A DNA stretch of 64,000 nucleotides from Eledone cirrhosa (Eukaryota): the NCBI GenBank assembly GCA_964016885.1, contig OZ024745.1, forward strand, positions 107,942,001-108,006,000, in the 5' to 3' direction. Each line of letters opens with the position of its first letter. Position 1 is the first letter of the stretch. The notes below the pieces were generated by a model, which saw only the letters and a program-made list of their open reading frames with translations, searched no databases and had not been told where the DNA came from. Below are positions 1 through 36,849 of the stretch, piece after piece. The position numbers and the translations under genes are program-made.

Positions 1-2365
1 TTTCTCATATATATATATACACATACATACATTATATACATGCATATATGATTTCCTTCGAATGAAACAATTCTAATCTTGCAATTTCTATATTAAATAT
101 TATACATATATATATATATATATATATGCATATACATACATTAGACATATCCATCCATTCATACATATAGTATATTCACACATCCATCTATACACACGCA
201 CATTAGTTAGATGCATGGAAACCTACTCACACGCATACATATATACATACTTACATACATATATACATATATCCATACACACATACATGCATACTCTCAC
301 ACATACATACATACATATTACATACATACGTATATACATACGTACATACATACTATATACATACATACTACACACATGCTATATAATGCTTCACACAACT
401 ACTTCAACTATCAAGTTAATTTACACCTCAACAATATATCTAGTTAAATACGCTAAGCAATTCTTTTATATAATTAACTGAAGCTCCGTAAAGATAGTGG
501 AATTAGAATGCATGTCACTATGGCACGTCAAATCTTTTTTGTTTTCTCTATGAGCAAGTATGCAATGAGCGTAATATAAAACCGTTAATACTAACAAGGT
601 TTTCTCCCACACACACCTTAATCAACTGAAGCAGAAAGCGAAATGATAAGGCAACAATAATCTTGCAGCTTTACCTTGATTTGTTTCGATTGTGTTGACA
701 GCAAGTTAGTTATTCTGTTGGAGTTAGCTTCATTAAATCGGGTTTGTTTTCTTTCGTGAAATGTGATAAGCTGAATCTGCCAAATTCATCAACTATTTTA
801 CATTAAAAACACATGAATTGAAAATAGATAGATACGACCTCAAAGAGGTCGTTTATCCTGATAGAAATTATAACTAAATCTACTTCAAAACCACACTATT
901 CCGTCTAAAAAGAAGGGTACATTGTATAATGTAAATCTTGCATGTGCAATGCTGTGGGTGAGGCTGGAGATGTGAGAGTTATGGCTAGAATGTTCTTTGG
1001 TCAATAGAGCTGTGTTTAGCAGATTGAGCGACCAGATAAAGGTTTTCTCGTTGTTAAGGTAGTGGTTGAGGTTTAGCAGCATTTCAGCCTTAATTGAGCT
1101 GACCTATGATTAAATAATCTTTAGCCCTGACAATACCGAATATTGAGATAAGGTTTATCTCAAATTATATTATATAAAATATACTTCTTGTCTTTAAAGA
1201 AGTTTAGCTCCTATTTTTAGCAGGCCAATCGACTGCTTTGATGGCTCCTTCGTTGACTCGTATTAATCGGCGGTGAAAGTTAACTGGGTTAAATGTCACG
1301 ACATGACAAGGTCAGAGTTAATTACTCTTACTCCAAACACTATGTATCTCAGGATTTAATTCAATAGGTGGGGAGCAATTATTATTATTTTCCGTGTATT
1401 TTGGGTGGAATGCTATCATCTTTCATCCAACTCGCCAGTTAAAATGTCAACAAATTCTTGCTGTTCATATCATGATAATGATTATAAAAACACCGACAAT
1501 AACAATAATTATTATTTATAGTGGATTGGCAGTATCGGTAGAGGGTCGGACGCCATGCTTTCCAGCATAGTTACGTCCCTTTATGATCTGAGTTCAAATC
1601 CCGCCGAGGTTGACTTTACCTTTCATCCTTACGGGGTCGATAAAATAAAGTACCAGTAATGCACTGGGTAATTGCTGGCCTTGTGCCTAAAGTAGAAACA
1701 ATTATTTATACTATAGACACAAGGCCAACAATTTTGGGGAGGTGATAGTTGATTAAATCGACCTCAGTGTATTACTGGTACTTTATTTTATCGACTCCAT
1801 AAGGATGAAAGGAAAAGTTAATCTCGGCGGGATTTGAAATCAGAACGCAAAGAGCCGTAACTCTATGCCGCAGTAAGAGGGCACCAAAACTATCTCTTCA
1901 CTCTTTAGGGTCACCAAAGAATGAGACTTCGCCTCTTGGGGGGTGGCAAAAAGTACATCCACGGTGGCATATGTTTTGCCTCGGTTGATGTGGGTTTTTC
2001 GTGCCCAGACGCACCCCAAGGCCTTTTGAATTTGACCTCCATGGCTCTCTCCACCCGATGTGATCTTTTGCTTACAGTGCGGTAAGTCACCGTCTGCAGT
2101 TGTTGGTCATTGAAATAATCGGGTGGAGGTTTCAGGGAGACTTGATTGGCTTTTCTCGTCACCATGGCCCTTGCGATTACCATCTCCTCCTCCGTGAATA
2201 TTACTCTCTAAATTTCTGGCCACCCCCCGCAAAAGAAATTATCCTTTTTTTCAGAGGCACCATTGTTGCTGCTACTGGTTTTGTTGGTGGTGCTGTTGCT
2301 ACTGAGAAAACTATATATTCTCGCCTGTTTTCAAGTCCAACAGTCGCAGTCGCAAGAGTGGGAGG

Positions 2366-2411
2366 GATCGTCCTGATGATAACCAGTTAAATTCGAAATG
2401 CATTGATGATT
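2366..2411 (+). ncRNA. Possible minimal type I hammerhead
   Basis: GATCGTC-CTGATGA-taaccagttaaattc-GAAA-TGCA-TT-GATGATT; palindromic stem III loop; stem II poorly closed. Confidence 0.4.
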
Positions 2412-2629
2412 GTCCCCCTTGCTTCTGCTGGACACCACCAGAGGGCGATTGCCCCGGTGTTTTGCATAGCTATGGCTTTCTAGATGTTTATCCATAAACG
2501 AAATTTCAATAAGTATCTGTATACAACTATGCATGAAGCTAATTCCTAATTCTATTTTATAACAATATCTGTTTCAACACACGATTTCATATAAAAAACT
2601 TGCAATATATATATATATATATATATATA

Positions 2630-3122
2630 AGTTAATAAAAACAATGAATAAAAACAAAGAAACAGTTCCTTATATTAAAAAATTCATCATTTTGCGATCG
2701 TTTCTAGGATATATATGTGTGTGTTGGTATGTATATCATATAAATCTATATAAAATTTTACAAACTATCAGAGGGAATATACATACCTACACATATATAT
2801 TATTATTTCTGAAGACAGCATATATATGTGTAGGTATGTATATTTCCTCTGATAGTTTGTAAAATTTTACATAGTTCTATATGATATACATACCAACACA
2901 CACATATATATCCTAGAAACGATCGTAAAATGATGAATTTTTTAATATAAGGAACTGTTTCTTTGTTTTTATTCATTATTTTTATTAATTTATCTTGACT
3001 CTGTTTTCCCGTGATTTTCATAGAAAAAATTTTTGAATATATCTTCTCTTTTCATGATATTTGGATTACATTGAGTTCTTCATATGTTTTGGACACTACC
3101 GTATAATTTGGTAGATTTATAC
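2630..3122 (+). mobile_element. Second, diverged copy of the foldback hammerhead element in (TA)n
   Basis: Inverted arms 2630-2800 and ~2820-2990; tail 2990-3122 is homologous to the reverse complement of 53486-53617. Confidence 0.8.
2803..2933 (+). ncRNA. Type I hammerhead with long stem II
   Basis: TTATTT-CTGAAGA-[~100-nt hairpin]-GAAA-CGATCG-TA-AAATGA; GUA site. Confidence 0.7.
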
Positions 3123-3657
3123 ATATATATATATATATCGATTGTCTGTTTCTCTCTTTCTGCTCCCCCGTTCTCTCTGTTTCTCTCACCTTCTTTCGCC
3201 CCCTCTGTCAGTTACACTTTCTCTCGACTGACCTCTTCCTCGCACTTCCACTCACTCACTCTCTGTTTTTCCCCTTCTCACTTCCTCCCGTTCGTTAGTA
3301 GTGGGATTCTTTCTTTCTCACATCTCATTCACGTCGGACGGTCTGTTTTCTGACCGCTCATGAAATTCACCCAGCTTATGCTGACCGGATAACAATCATG
3401 TTGCTTGCTTTTTTCCTACCTTCGGTTTGCTTTTCCTTCTGTTGTTTACTTGTCTCACTCGCTTTACGCGATTCACTTGTCCCAATAGCTTATTTTAGTT
3501 ATTGCTCGCACCAACCTGAGGTATATGATTTTTAATGCGATGAAATATCAATGATGATTGGCAAATCACTGATGAGGGACTAATTTCATAATATGTAACC
3601 CATGTGCAACCACGCAGTTTTCCTCTTTCTTCCCATGTTTTTAATACATATATATAT

Positions 3658-3711
<54 letters not shown>

Positions 3712-3873
3712 GTTATTATTTCTGTTTAGTGAGAAAGAGGTGAGTAGTGCCCATTACTATTATTTATTCGAGGTCTCAAAGACCGTTGGTCTTGGAACAG
3801 AATATATGCAGGGGTGTTCAATTGGATGCCGGATTAAGTTTGTCACTCAGTAGCTTAGAAATTGTGTGTGTGT

Positions 3874-3929
<56 letters not shown>

Positions 3930-3995
3930 ACGCGTAAGCATGCATATATTCGGCTAGAGTTACGAAGCCCCACTACTATTTGCAAACACATACAC

Positions 3996-4043
<48 letters not shown>

Positions 4044-4984
4044 GCACAAGAACACATACATACATGCATTAGAGAAAAAAAATCAGACAAAATAAATAAA
4101 CCCAGTCTCAAGTCTACTGAAACTGCATCCGGTCTGTCAAACATTTACCTCTCCTGACTTCCGGTCTAATTACGTATCATCATCAACACAGTCTGACCCA
4201 CTACCACCCTTACAAACTCTGAACTATTCACGTTGCTGTAGCCAAACTCGCCACATCCGCATTATTTGATGAAATAGTTAAGCTGATCTTAAATGATCTT
4301 TAGCTGTCAATCTGTTATAAAAACAAAACAACAAAATGGTTTCCTACTGCCTCCTTGGACCCACACCTCATACCCTCCATCTAACCTACGTCTTTTCTCA
4401 CTCCTCACTCCCGTCGCTACCATATGAAGGCTAAATGTCAATCCGCCATTCCACCACCTCACCCTACTATAACAGCAACGTATTTTACGTGACCTTACAC
4501 TGTAAAATATGTTGTCCATCAACACCACCACCAGCATGACGTGCTGACGGGAAAATTCTACACTGTGGCTCGACCTTCTAGAAATATCAGAGAAATTTCC
4601 TTCAAACAGTCGCTACTGTTTTAAATAGTATAGTTTGAGATACACTACTTGTAATTATCATGGAAAATAAAATGAGATATGATCGGATGATCATGGCTTT
4701 AATGCTTTTGATTACAGGCCTTCCCAATTAAAATTAACTCAGGTGTTAAACAACAACAACAGCAACAGCAACAATAACAACAACAACTACTGCCATTATA
4801 AAAAAAACTATCTCAATCAGCCATCTCAATCAATATTCACACCCCCATTAATAAATAGATTCATTCACATTTTTAGAATATGGCAACGGTGTTTCAGCAA
4901 AGCGCATATTCGATAAGAATATTGACCTCCTCTACTCTAGGGGTTTATCAGACGCATATTTTTTTCAAACAAATATTCCAGAAA

Positions 4985-5215
4985 ATAAACTTGATGTCGT
5001 GCCCTTAGCAGTGGAGACTTCTGGTGTCCTTGGCCCTAGGGCTACCTCTCTACTTACCACCATAGGCATTGAGCTGGCCAGCCGCAGGTGTAAGCCTCGC
5101 GAGATGGAATGGCTCTTCCAGCGCACCTCCCTTACCATCCTCCAGGGAAACACCTTCTCTATTCTGTCCGCCGGGGCTGTGGGGCGGCCACCACGTGGGA
5201 CCCCACTTGCACATA
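4985..5215 (+). mobile_element. CRE-like non-LTR retrotransposon 3' fragment; related piece at 15783-15850 (-)
   Basis: VPLAVETSGVLGP....WLFQRTSLTILQGN matches the C-terminal RLE pattern of CRE-clade elements. Confidence 0.65.
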
Positions 5216-6097
5216 ATACAGAGAGATGGGGAGGGCGAAAGGGATGGAAGCAATGACAGTGGGGGGGTTCGGCTCTTCCGTGTTCGGACACATTTGTTTG
5301 GAGGTTTCTTGGGGGTTTTAATTGTTATTAATTGTGACATACTAGGGCGGTGAATTGGCAGTATCGGTAGAGGATCGGACGCCATGCTTTGCAGCATAGA
5401 GTTACGGCTCTTTACGATCTGAGTTCAAATTTCGCCGAGGTTAACTTTGCCTTTCATCCTTACGGGGTCGATAAAATAAAGTACTAGTCACATACTGGGG
5501 TCGATTTAATCGACTTTCTCCTCTCTCAAAATTGCTGGCCTTGTGCCTATTTAAGAAACCATTAATTGTGACATACTTGTTTCTACTTTTGGCACAAGGC
5601 CAGCAATTACCCAGTACATTACTGGTACTTTATTTTATCGACCCCGTAAGGATGAAAGGCACAGTTAACCTCGGCGCGATTTGAACTCAGACCATAAAGG
5701 GACGTAACTCTTTGGACGTTTATAATGACTCCAAGGCCAAGGGTCAGTTTGTGTTATTGGTTAGTAGAGTTCTAGTAATGCAGTAGCCCCTAAATTAAAC
5801 TGCAAACATCTCCGCAAATGTAATCAACAAATGTAATCAACAATAGCTGCAATTTTAATAAATTTTATGATGAATAAAATAAATCTATTTTCACTTTCTT
5901 TTGTTTTAAAAATGTACAAAAATATTGCAACTAGAATTACGATGCACAAACTTTGTACCCTTCACCTGATATTCGTAGTTTAAACCTATTTATTTTAAGA
6001 TACCTGCCCAAATTGAGGTGCAACTTATAAACCGTCAAATGCATATATCACTCCTACGGCATTTAACTATGTGACATACAGCATGTCTTGAAGAAGA

Positions 6098-6151
<54 letters not shown>

Positions 6152-7094
6152 CAATCTTCTCTGTACGGAGTGGTTAGTAGTTTAGTAGTTAATAGCTATT
6201 TATAAACTAGAACTATTTACAAACTAGAACTCAGTTAAACTTGCCAATCTCATTTACATAACAGTGCATACGCTAACAGTGTGGCTTAATTAATTAATTC
6301 TTGCATAACGCACTACACGGTGGGGTTCTTTCTTTCTTTCTTTCTTTCTTTTTTTTTTGATAATTAGAAATGAGAAATTGTAAAGTATATATATTTTTTT
6401 AATAAACATGCAATTTTATCCTCACTGTGGAAAGTCAACAACTCCATAGACAGAGGGCGAATATTCTTGTTCTGTTGAAAATCTACCAAGCAGTTGGAGA
6501 TAAAAAAAATTGTGGTGTAATCAAACAATTCGTTTATTTTTTCACAGCGAGACTAAAATTAATTGTTTATTAAAGAAGGTATACTTTACATTTCAAATTA
6601 TCCACTAAACATTGTATAGTGACAGATCCTCACTCCCTAACTTCAGTTCTGTCGAAAGAAAAATATAATAGTCACGAAATAAATTACCTCCAATGAAAGA
6701 TTGTTTCCCTTCATTTCGGTTTGCATGTCTTCAAATTTCTGAGCTACTATGAAAGGACGGAGATATATATTGTTGTTCTCGTAGCTGTTGTTGTTTCTGT
6801 TGATGTAGTTATTGTTGTTGTCGTTGTTGTTGATTATTATTATTGTTGTTGTTTGATATTTTTGTTTCCTCTCTCATTATTCCATTATATTCTCATTTGC
6901 CATAATTCTCGTTCTTTGTTTCTTATTTTCTGTCAGTGTTTCCTTTGTTTCCAATTGATATATTGTTCATCTTTATCTCTATTACACAGACACGCACACA
7001 AACATACATACATACGTACACACAAACATACATACATACACACAAACATATATATGTGTGTGTGTGTGTATGCATATACATACAAATACATACA

Positions 7095-7600
7095 CAGACC
7101 AGATATTATGATATGGGACAGGGAGAAGAAAGCATGCACAGTAGTGGAAGTTAGCTGCCCAGCAGATGCCAATATAATATTAAAGATTAGCGAAAAGGAG
7201 AATATTTATGCAGAACTGATGAGAAATCTGCAGATACTCCACCCTGATTACACCTTCAGATGTATGCCTGTGATTATTGGGGCACTGGGGTATGTTAGTA
7301 ACTGTCTCAATACAAATCTTGAGAAGCTAGGCTTCACAGGAACAGAAAGGACACAACTAGTTAGGAAATTACAAGTACAATCCATTAATGGAACAGTAAA
7401 AATATGTAAGACATTCCAAAAATTTCTGCATCTAATAACTGCATGTGCACATGCACAGATGCAAAGCATATGCATATGTAAACATACAACTCAAAACATC
7501 CACATCCACACATACAATAACATCCATATCTACACAGTTGATGTTGTATAAATTCCAATGAGAGAGTCTTGTGTCTAAGTTAGAAACCGACTCTCTCTCT
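7095..7600 (+). mobile_element. 3' fragment of the same RLE LINE
   Basis: RPDIMIWDREKKACTVVEVSCP...KICKTFQKF, nearly identical to the 37083-37400 ORF segment. Confidence 0.85.
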
Positions 7601-7705
7601 CTCTCTCTCTCTCTATTGATATATACATATATATATATGTGTGTGTGTATATATAATATGAAGCACATAAATTAAAGGAACTAACGCGAGTTTATGACTC
7701 CGTTA

Positions 7706-7742
<37 letters not shown>

Positions 7743-7754
7743 CAAACATACTTG

Positions 7755-7786
<32 letters not shown>

Positions 7787-8401
7787 CTCTCTCACACACA
7801 CACACACACATGCATACAAAGAGACTACAAAGATGAAAGAAATCAATATCCTTGAACCAATCTAACCACCGGTTCTTTTCATTTGCCTACATAGTCTTGA
7901 AACCTTTAAACAAACTGGAATTGATTTATCTAATCTATGAAGACGGACAGTCTTATGACGTAAGTCCAAAAGGCTTCAACCAAACATGAATACTTATTAC
8001 ATGACCCACATTACATTCTATGCACACACACAGCCGTAATTTTGTAGGTGTATTACGCTGTGGAAATCAACATAGGCAAAGTTGCATTCTTTGATCTCAT
8101 ACAAAATCTTTACAATTTCTTTTCTGGTTGAACTAAACGTTGGCTAGTCGTACTTCAGAACTTTATAGCTGGAAATGAAAGTGTGTCTACATAGGTAGCT
8201 AAAAGAGTATGGGTGAATGGTACCGTAACTCCTGACAGAGTCGTAGGGGCGCCGTATTAACAGACATACGGCGTTAATATATTTTAACCACTCTATAAGG
8301 ACGAAAGGAAACATTTACCTCAGTCAGATTAGAAACCAGAATGGAGACAGCCGTAACGAATAACTGCAATGCATTTCAACCGTCAAACTAACAATTCTGC
8401 T

Positions 8402-8655
8402 AATCCACCGCGCTTCCTGATTTACATACAATCCACCGCGGTTCCTGATTTGGATACAATCCACCGCGGTTCCTGATTTACATACAATCCACCGCGATTC
8501 CTGATTTACATACAATCCACCGCGGTTCCTGATTTACATACAATCCACCGCGGTTCCTGATTTACATACAATCCACCGCGGTTCCTGATTTACATACAAT
8601 CCACCGCGGTTCCTGATTTGGATACAATCCACCGCGGTTCCTGATTTGGATACAA
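8402..8655. repeat. 28-bp minisatellite, 9 copies
   Basis: Unit aatccaccgcggttcctgattt(aca/gga)tac. Confidence 0.95.
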
Positions 8656-11445
8656 GGCCAACAATTCTGAGGGAGGGAAAAGTCGATTAAATCTACCCCA
8701 GTGCGTTACTGGTAATTTATTTTATCGATCTCATAAGGATGAAAAACAAAGCTAATCTCGGTGGGATTTGAAATCAGAACATAAAGAGCCATAACTCTAT
8801 GCCACCAAGTATGTTGTCTAACCCTCTATCGATACTGCCAAACAACTGTCTATACAATAATTGTTTCTACTTTAGGCACAAGGCCAGCAATTAACCAGTG
8901 CATTACTGGTACTTTATTTTATCGACTCCCGTAAGGATGAAAGGCAAAGTCAACCTCGGCGGGATTTGAACTCAGACCGTAAAGGGACGTAACTATGCTG
9001 GAAAGCATGGCGTCCGACCCTCTACCGATACTGCCAATCCACCGCCCACTGTCTATACAATAATGATTTCTGATATAAGCACAAGGCCAGCAATTTCGGG
9101 GGAGGGGAAAGTCGATTAAATCGAACCCAGCTCAATAATAGTGCTCCCTTTCTCCCAAAAATTGGAAAAGGGTTGAGCTAGGACCTAGCAACCTCTTCTC
9201 ATCCAGCCTTCTACAAAAACCCGCTCAAATAAATCAAAGACTATGGTAGACGTAGACAAACGAAACAGTTAAAAAAAAAAAAAAAAAAATTATAGGTCAC
9301 TCTAGCAGTTCGTAAATATAACATTTGCATATAATCACAATAAGCCAATAGGGAGTTAAATGTCATAGCCTCTAACACAACGCAATGATGCGAATAAAGT
9401 ATGAACGAACGACCTTTCGACTGGGTGTGCGTTATCTCATCCATTAGGCTATGCACGCTAATTACTCCATTTTTATCGACCCGAAGGGCTGAAAGACAAA
9501 GTTGATCTTATTCGGATTTGAAATCAGAATATATAGAGTCGAAGAAAATACTGCTAAACATTTGTTTAAAGTTCTGATGAGTCTGCCAATCCGCGCTTCT
9601 CATTCCATCTCCGACAAAGGTCCCTAAGTGGACTGTTAAGTAAACATGCTTTGACGTATAGAGTTACGGCCCTTGCCATTCTGAGTTCAAATCCCGCCGA
9701 GATTAACTTTGCCTTTCATCCTTACGGGGTCGATAAAATAAAGTACCAGTAATGTACTGGGTATTGCTGGCCTTGTGCCAAACTGTAGAAACATTTATTT
9801 ACAATCAATAGGGGCGGTGGATTGGCAGTATCGGTAGAGGGTCGGACGCCATGCTTTGATTGACACAGAGTTACGGCTCTTGCCATTCTGAGTTCAAATC
9901 CTGCCGAGGTTAACTTTGCCTTTCATCCTTACGGGGTCGATAAAATAAAGTACCAGTAATACACTGAATGATTTGCTGGCCTTGTGCCAAAAGTAGAAAC
10001 AATTTTTTACAATCTACACCTCATTTCATTTCTCTTCTTGCAGCACTCAGATCTATTCTAAAATGTGTCCTTCCTTTAAATATACTTTGTTAGAGCTAAA
10101 GCTAATCAACAAGAGAAGTGATACGACAAGTATAATCTTGTTACAGTACTTGTAAGAAATAAATACATTTTCATTTATAAGAAAAAAATATTAGCACACA
10201 ACTAACAAGGGAAATAACTATTATAAATATTTGGAGAATTATTTCCCTTTGTTTTGGTCCTCAATATTTCTTGATATATAATAAATGTAAAATTTAAAAA
10301 ATTCACCATCCTAAGTGCTTTTTGTTGTGGCAACAGCATTAATATATTTATATAAAAAAACCTTATTGTTATAATTAGCTAAATACATAAGCTGTAAAGT
10401 GGACGTGTAGGCGCCACGAAAAAGCACCCAGCACTCACTGTAAATGAGGTTGGTGTTAGGAAGGGCATCCAGCTGTAGAAATCAAGCCAAATCAGTTCCT
10501 GTATGAGCAAGGCATGGTCAGCCGACCAGACACTGCCCACAACAGGACAACCCGTCTAACCCATGCTAGCGTGGAAGAACGGACGTAAAACGGTGATGAT
10601 GAACAATGAGAATGTTAGTTGTGTTAGTAAAATCCCTCCAAATTCTTGATTATTTTCAAAATTATTTGAAAATCATGACAATGAAAGGATTAAAAATAGT
10701 TATGGCTCAAATGTCTTTGACCATAGATATGCTTAATTAAATTTGACTTGAGGCTAAACAACAATAACAATTCTAGGTCTTAACAGACTTCCTCATTAGC
10801 TAGAACAAGGTAGTGAAAACCAAAGATGTGAGTGGTAGAAAGTAACATGTTGGCACCAGTTGATATGACAAAAGTCAAGTATCCAAACAAGAATATCATT
10901 GAACTTATTTATATCACAGGACTCAAGAAGCTTTGGAAATTTCTTCCTTTCTTGTATCATGGGCTTAACCTCATGTACACTTGTTCATTATTTCAGCACG
11001 ACCATCATCATCATCATCACTGTAACCACCACTTCCATCATCATCCCCACCATAACTACAACCACATCACCCTTCCCATCATCACCATAATCATCACCAC
11101 TACCATCAGAAGTCTGCAACAGAATGTTTGTCTAATAGAGATGGAAAAACTGTGGTCCTCATGTCATGTGGCCCATTTGGTTTTCTGAATGGTGTGCCTA
11201 ATTTCAAAATTGCTTTGATTAATACAAGCCCATGAGACAGCTACTATATTGTTGCATCACCTGCTAGAAATAGCTGCTAAATAACTGTCTCATCTCATCA
11301 TTCTCAATTCTGACCTAACCTTTTCCTACCTAACCACTTCCCTGATATTTGTATATTATTCTATGTACTATACAGGCACCTTTGATGAGTTGTAGTGCAC
11401 CTGAGCACTGTACACAATAATTTCATTATTATTATTTTATTATAA

Positions 11446-11635
11446 GGGCAGTGGATTGGCAGTATCGGTAGAGGGTTGGACGCCATGCTTTCCAGCATAG
11501 TTACGTCCCTTTACGATCTAAGTTCAAATCCCGCCGAGGTTGACTTTGCCTTTCATCCTTACGGGGTCGATAAAATAAAGTACCAGTAATGCACTGGGTA
11601 ATTGCTGGCCTTGTGCCTAAAGTAGAAACAATTAT
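11446..11635 (+). mobile_element. tRNA-derived SINE (~190 bp), representative of ~25 copies. Approximate others: 1521+, 1712-, 5345+, 5577-, 8650-, 8860-, 9650+, 9811+, 12137-, 15247-, 15483+, 17175-, 18854+, 19803-, 20203-, 24233-, 24808-, 29658-, 29816+, 32788-, 38994-
   Basis: Pol III A box TGGCAGTATCGG and B box GTTCAAATCC; central GCCTTTCATCCTTACGGGGTCGATAAAAT (Meta-domain-like, recalled rather than aligned); AT-rich tail. Confidence 0.9.
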
Positions 11636-11959
11636 TTTATTATAACTGTTACAGCTTTCGTTGCTACATGCCACATTATATTTCTGTAAATTAGTCAGTG
11701 AGGAGAGTATACTGTGTTCAGACTGCCCTGTTGCATGCCATAGATTAACCATTGCATGCTGAAGTATAATCATGCAACAACAAAGTCCACACAATTAACC
11801 CTTTCATTACTAATCCACCTGAAACTGCCCTGGTTCTATGATACCAAGCTGTTTGTTTTTAATTGTTATGTTTATCTAAAAAATCTTCCATCATAATTTT
11901 ATGTAAGAACCTTTGTTAAGTTATGTTTGAAACATCACCTTAATAATGAGAAAGTTATA

Positions 11960-12453
11960 TAGTTTTTCCCCGGTATTCGCGGGGGGTTACCTTCCTAGAG
12001 TACTCGTGAAGGGTGAAAAACCGCGAATATTGGTCCATAAAAATGCCTAAAAACGTCAAAATATAATGTAAAATATGATTTTAAAAAAGGGTCAAATAGA
12101 CCATCAAATACGGTATATTTTTATATGTTAATAATATTGTTTCTACTTTTGGCACAAGGCCAGCAATTACCCAGTGCATTACTGGTATTTTATTTCATCG
12201 ACCCCATGAGGATGAAAGGCAAAGTTAACCTTGGCAGGATTTGAACTCAGAATGGCAAAGGACGTAACTCTATGCGTCAAAGCATGGCGTCCGACCCTCT
12301 ACCGATACTGCCATGCCTTGAAAAAAGCCATAAAAAAAGTGCGAAAGATATTTATGATTCTGCGAATATAAGGTGATTTCCAGGAACAATTATTAGTTAG
12401 GTTCTAAAGAAAATTCCGCAAATAACCGGGAGCGCAAATTTCAGGGTACACTG
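11960..12453. mobile_element. Tigger/pogo-like MITE interrupted by a SINE
   Basis: Degenerate ends tagtttttccccggtattcgcgggggttac ... cagggtacactgt. Confidence 0.45.
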
Positions 12454-13387
12454 TCATCATCGTTTAACGTCTATCTTCAACGCTAACATGATTACTAAAT
12501 ACTTCAAAATTCTTGATTATTTGAAAATAATAGGGAATGTATTTTATTAGAAATATGGTAACAAAAGTTTGAAGTATGGTAACTAGTTAAACATAAGTAT
12601 ACTATACACAGAACCAGAGTTCTGTGGAATCCCATTTAGCCTCCTACCCACAGCTTGATCACAGATGACCTGGGGCCACACAACAACAGAAATAAAGTAC
12701 ACAAGATGATTATGAAAGTGAAATTCTTTAAGTTTATTGGTTATTCTTGGGTCTTGAATAATCGTTCCCCCCACCCCACCCACTTATTAATTTCCAATCC
12801 CCTCCCCTCTGCTTTTATCCCCCTCTCCCACTGATTAGAATAGATATGTAATTAAAACAAATGCTTGAAAGTGATTCATACTGATTACAGCAACTGGTGA
12901 ATCTAATAACTATTTTATTCTACATTAAAAAACATTATATAACAAAAGAAGAACATTACTAGAAATCCCATACTTACGAATGTACACTATACAATTACCC
13001 CCCCCCCCCCCCCCGTTTCTAATAATTTAAGCAGATGTCCACAACCACCAGCCCCTGCTTATTCTACTCCACCCCCTATTATTTCGGACCCAAGAGCAAT
13101 TAATAATTAGTTATATAAATGTTGATATCAGATTAATTAGATTTATTTTAATTCATTAGAAACATGATCCCAATAACTAATAATATTTCATTGTTAGAAA
13201 TATTCAAAATAAAAATATATTCCTTATATACATAAGTTTGTTTTGTTTTCTGTTCTGTTTGTTTTTCATTCCCCCACAGTGTTTATATATTTTACCTGTT
13301 ATTTTAGTGAAATATTTTCTTTTTCTTATGGAAGTGATCCAACAACATATAGATCCTGTAGGTTTTAATATTTAAAGAAAATATACA

Positions 13388-36526
<23,139 letters not shown>

Positions 36527-36849
36527 TGTTTTTGTTCACAGAATAATGACCAAGACGTTATCTGTACAAAAAAATAAGAAAAAAGGTAGAATGATAGAAT
36601 TTTTTAGAGGTTAAAAAAATTAGTTTAAGTTGTTTAAAAACATTCCTGTCATAACTATCTTGTCTTTTTGTATTAAGGCAAAGAATATCTAGGGACTACG
36701 TTATCCAAGGTGTATTTTGAATGTATTTTGAAAAGAATTTGTTTGTTTATTAAAACAGATCTAGAACTACACAGACTCCCTTATTAGCTCAATGTATGTA
36801 TGTATGTATGTATGTATGTATGTATGTATGTATGTATGTATCTATGTAT

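Noticed and set aside
1521-1610. tRNA genes
   Set aside because: The A and B boxes belong to SINE heads; no full cloverleaf is evident.
1911-2183. 90-aa ORF in a GC-richer patch
   Set aside because: No motif or splice support; probably an unclassified repeat.
7930-7980. Hammerhead-like ATGAAGA-cGGAC..GTCC-AAAA
   Set aside because: Both core segments deviate and stems I and III are not convincing.
8221-8280. Twister-like TAACTCC...GGGG motif (also ~46415 and ~47495)
   Set aside because: A twister fold could not be built; the segment is the reverse-strand tail of a SINE variant.
8402-8655. CRISPR-like array
   Set aside because: No unique spacers, eukaryotic context and no cas genes; it is a minisatellite.
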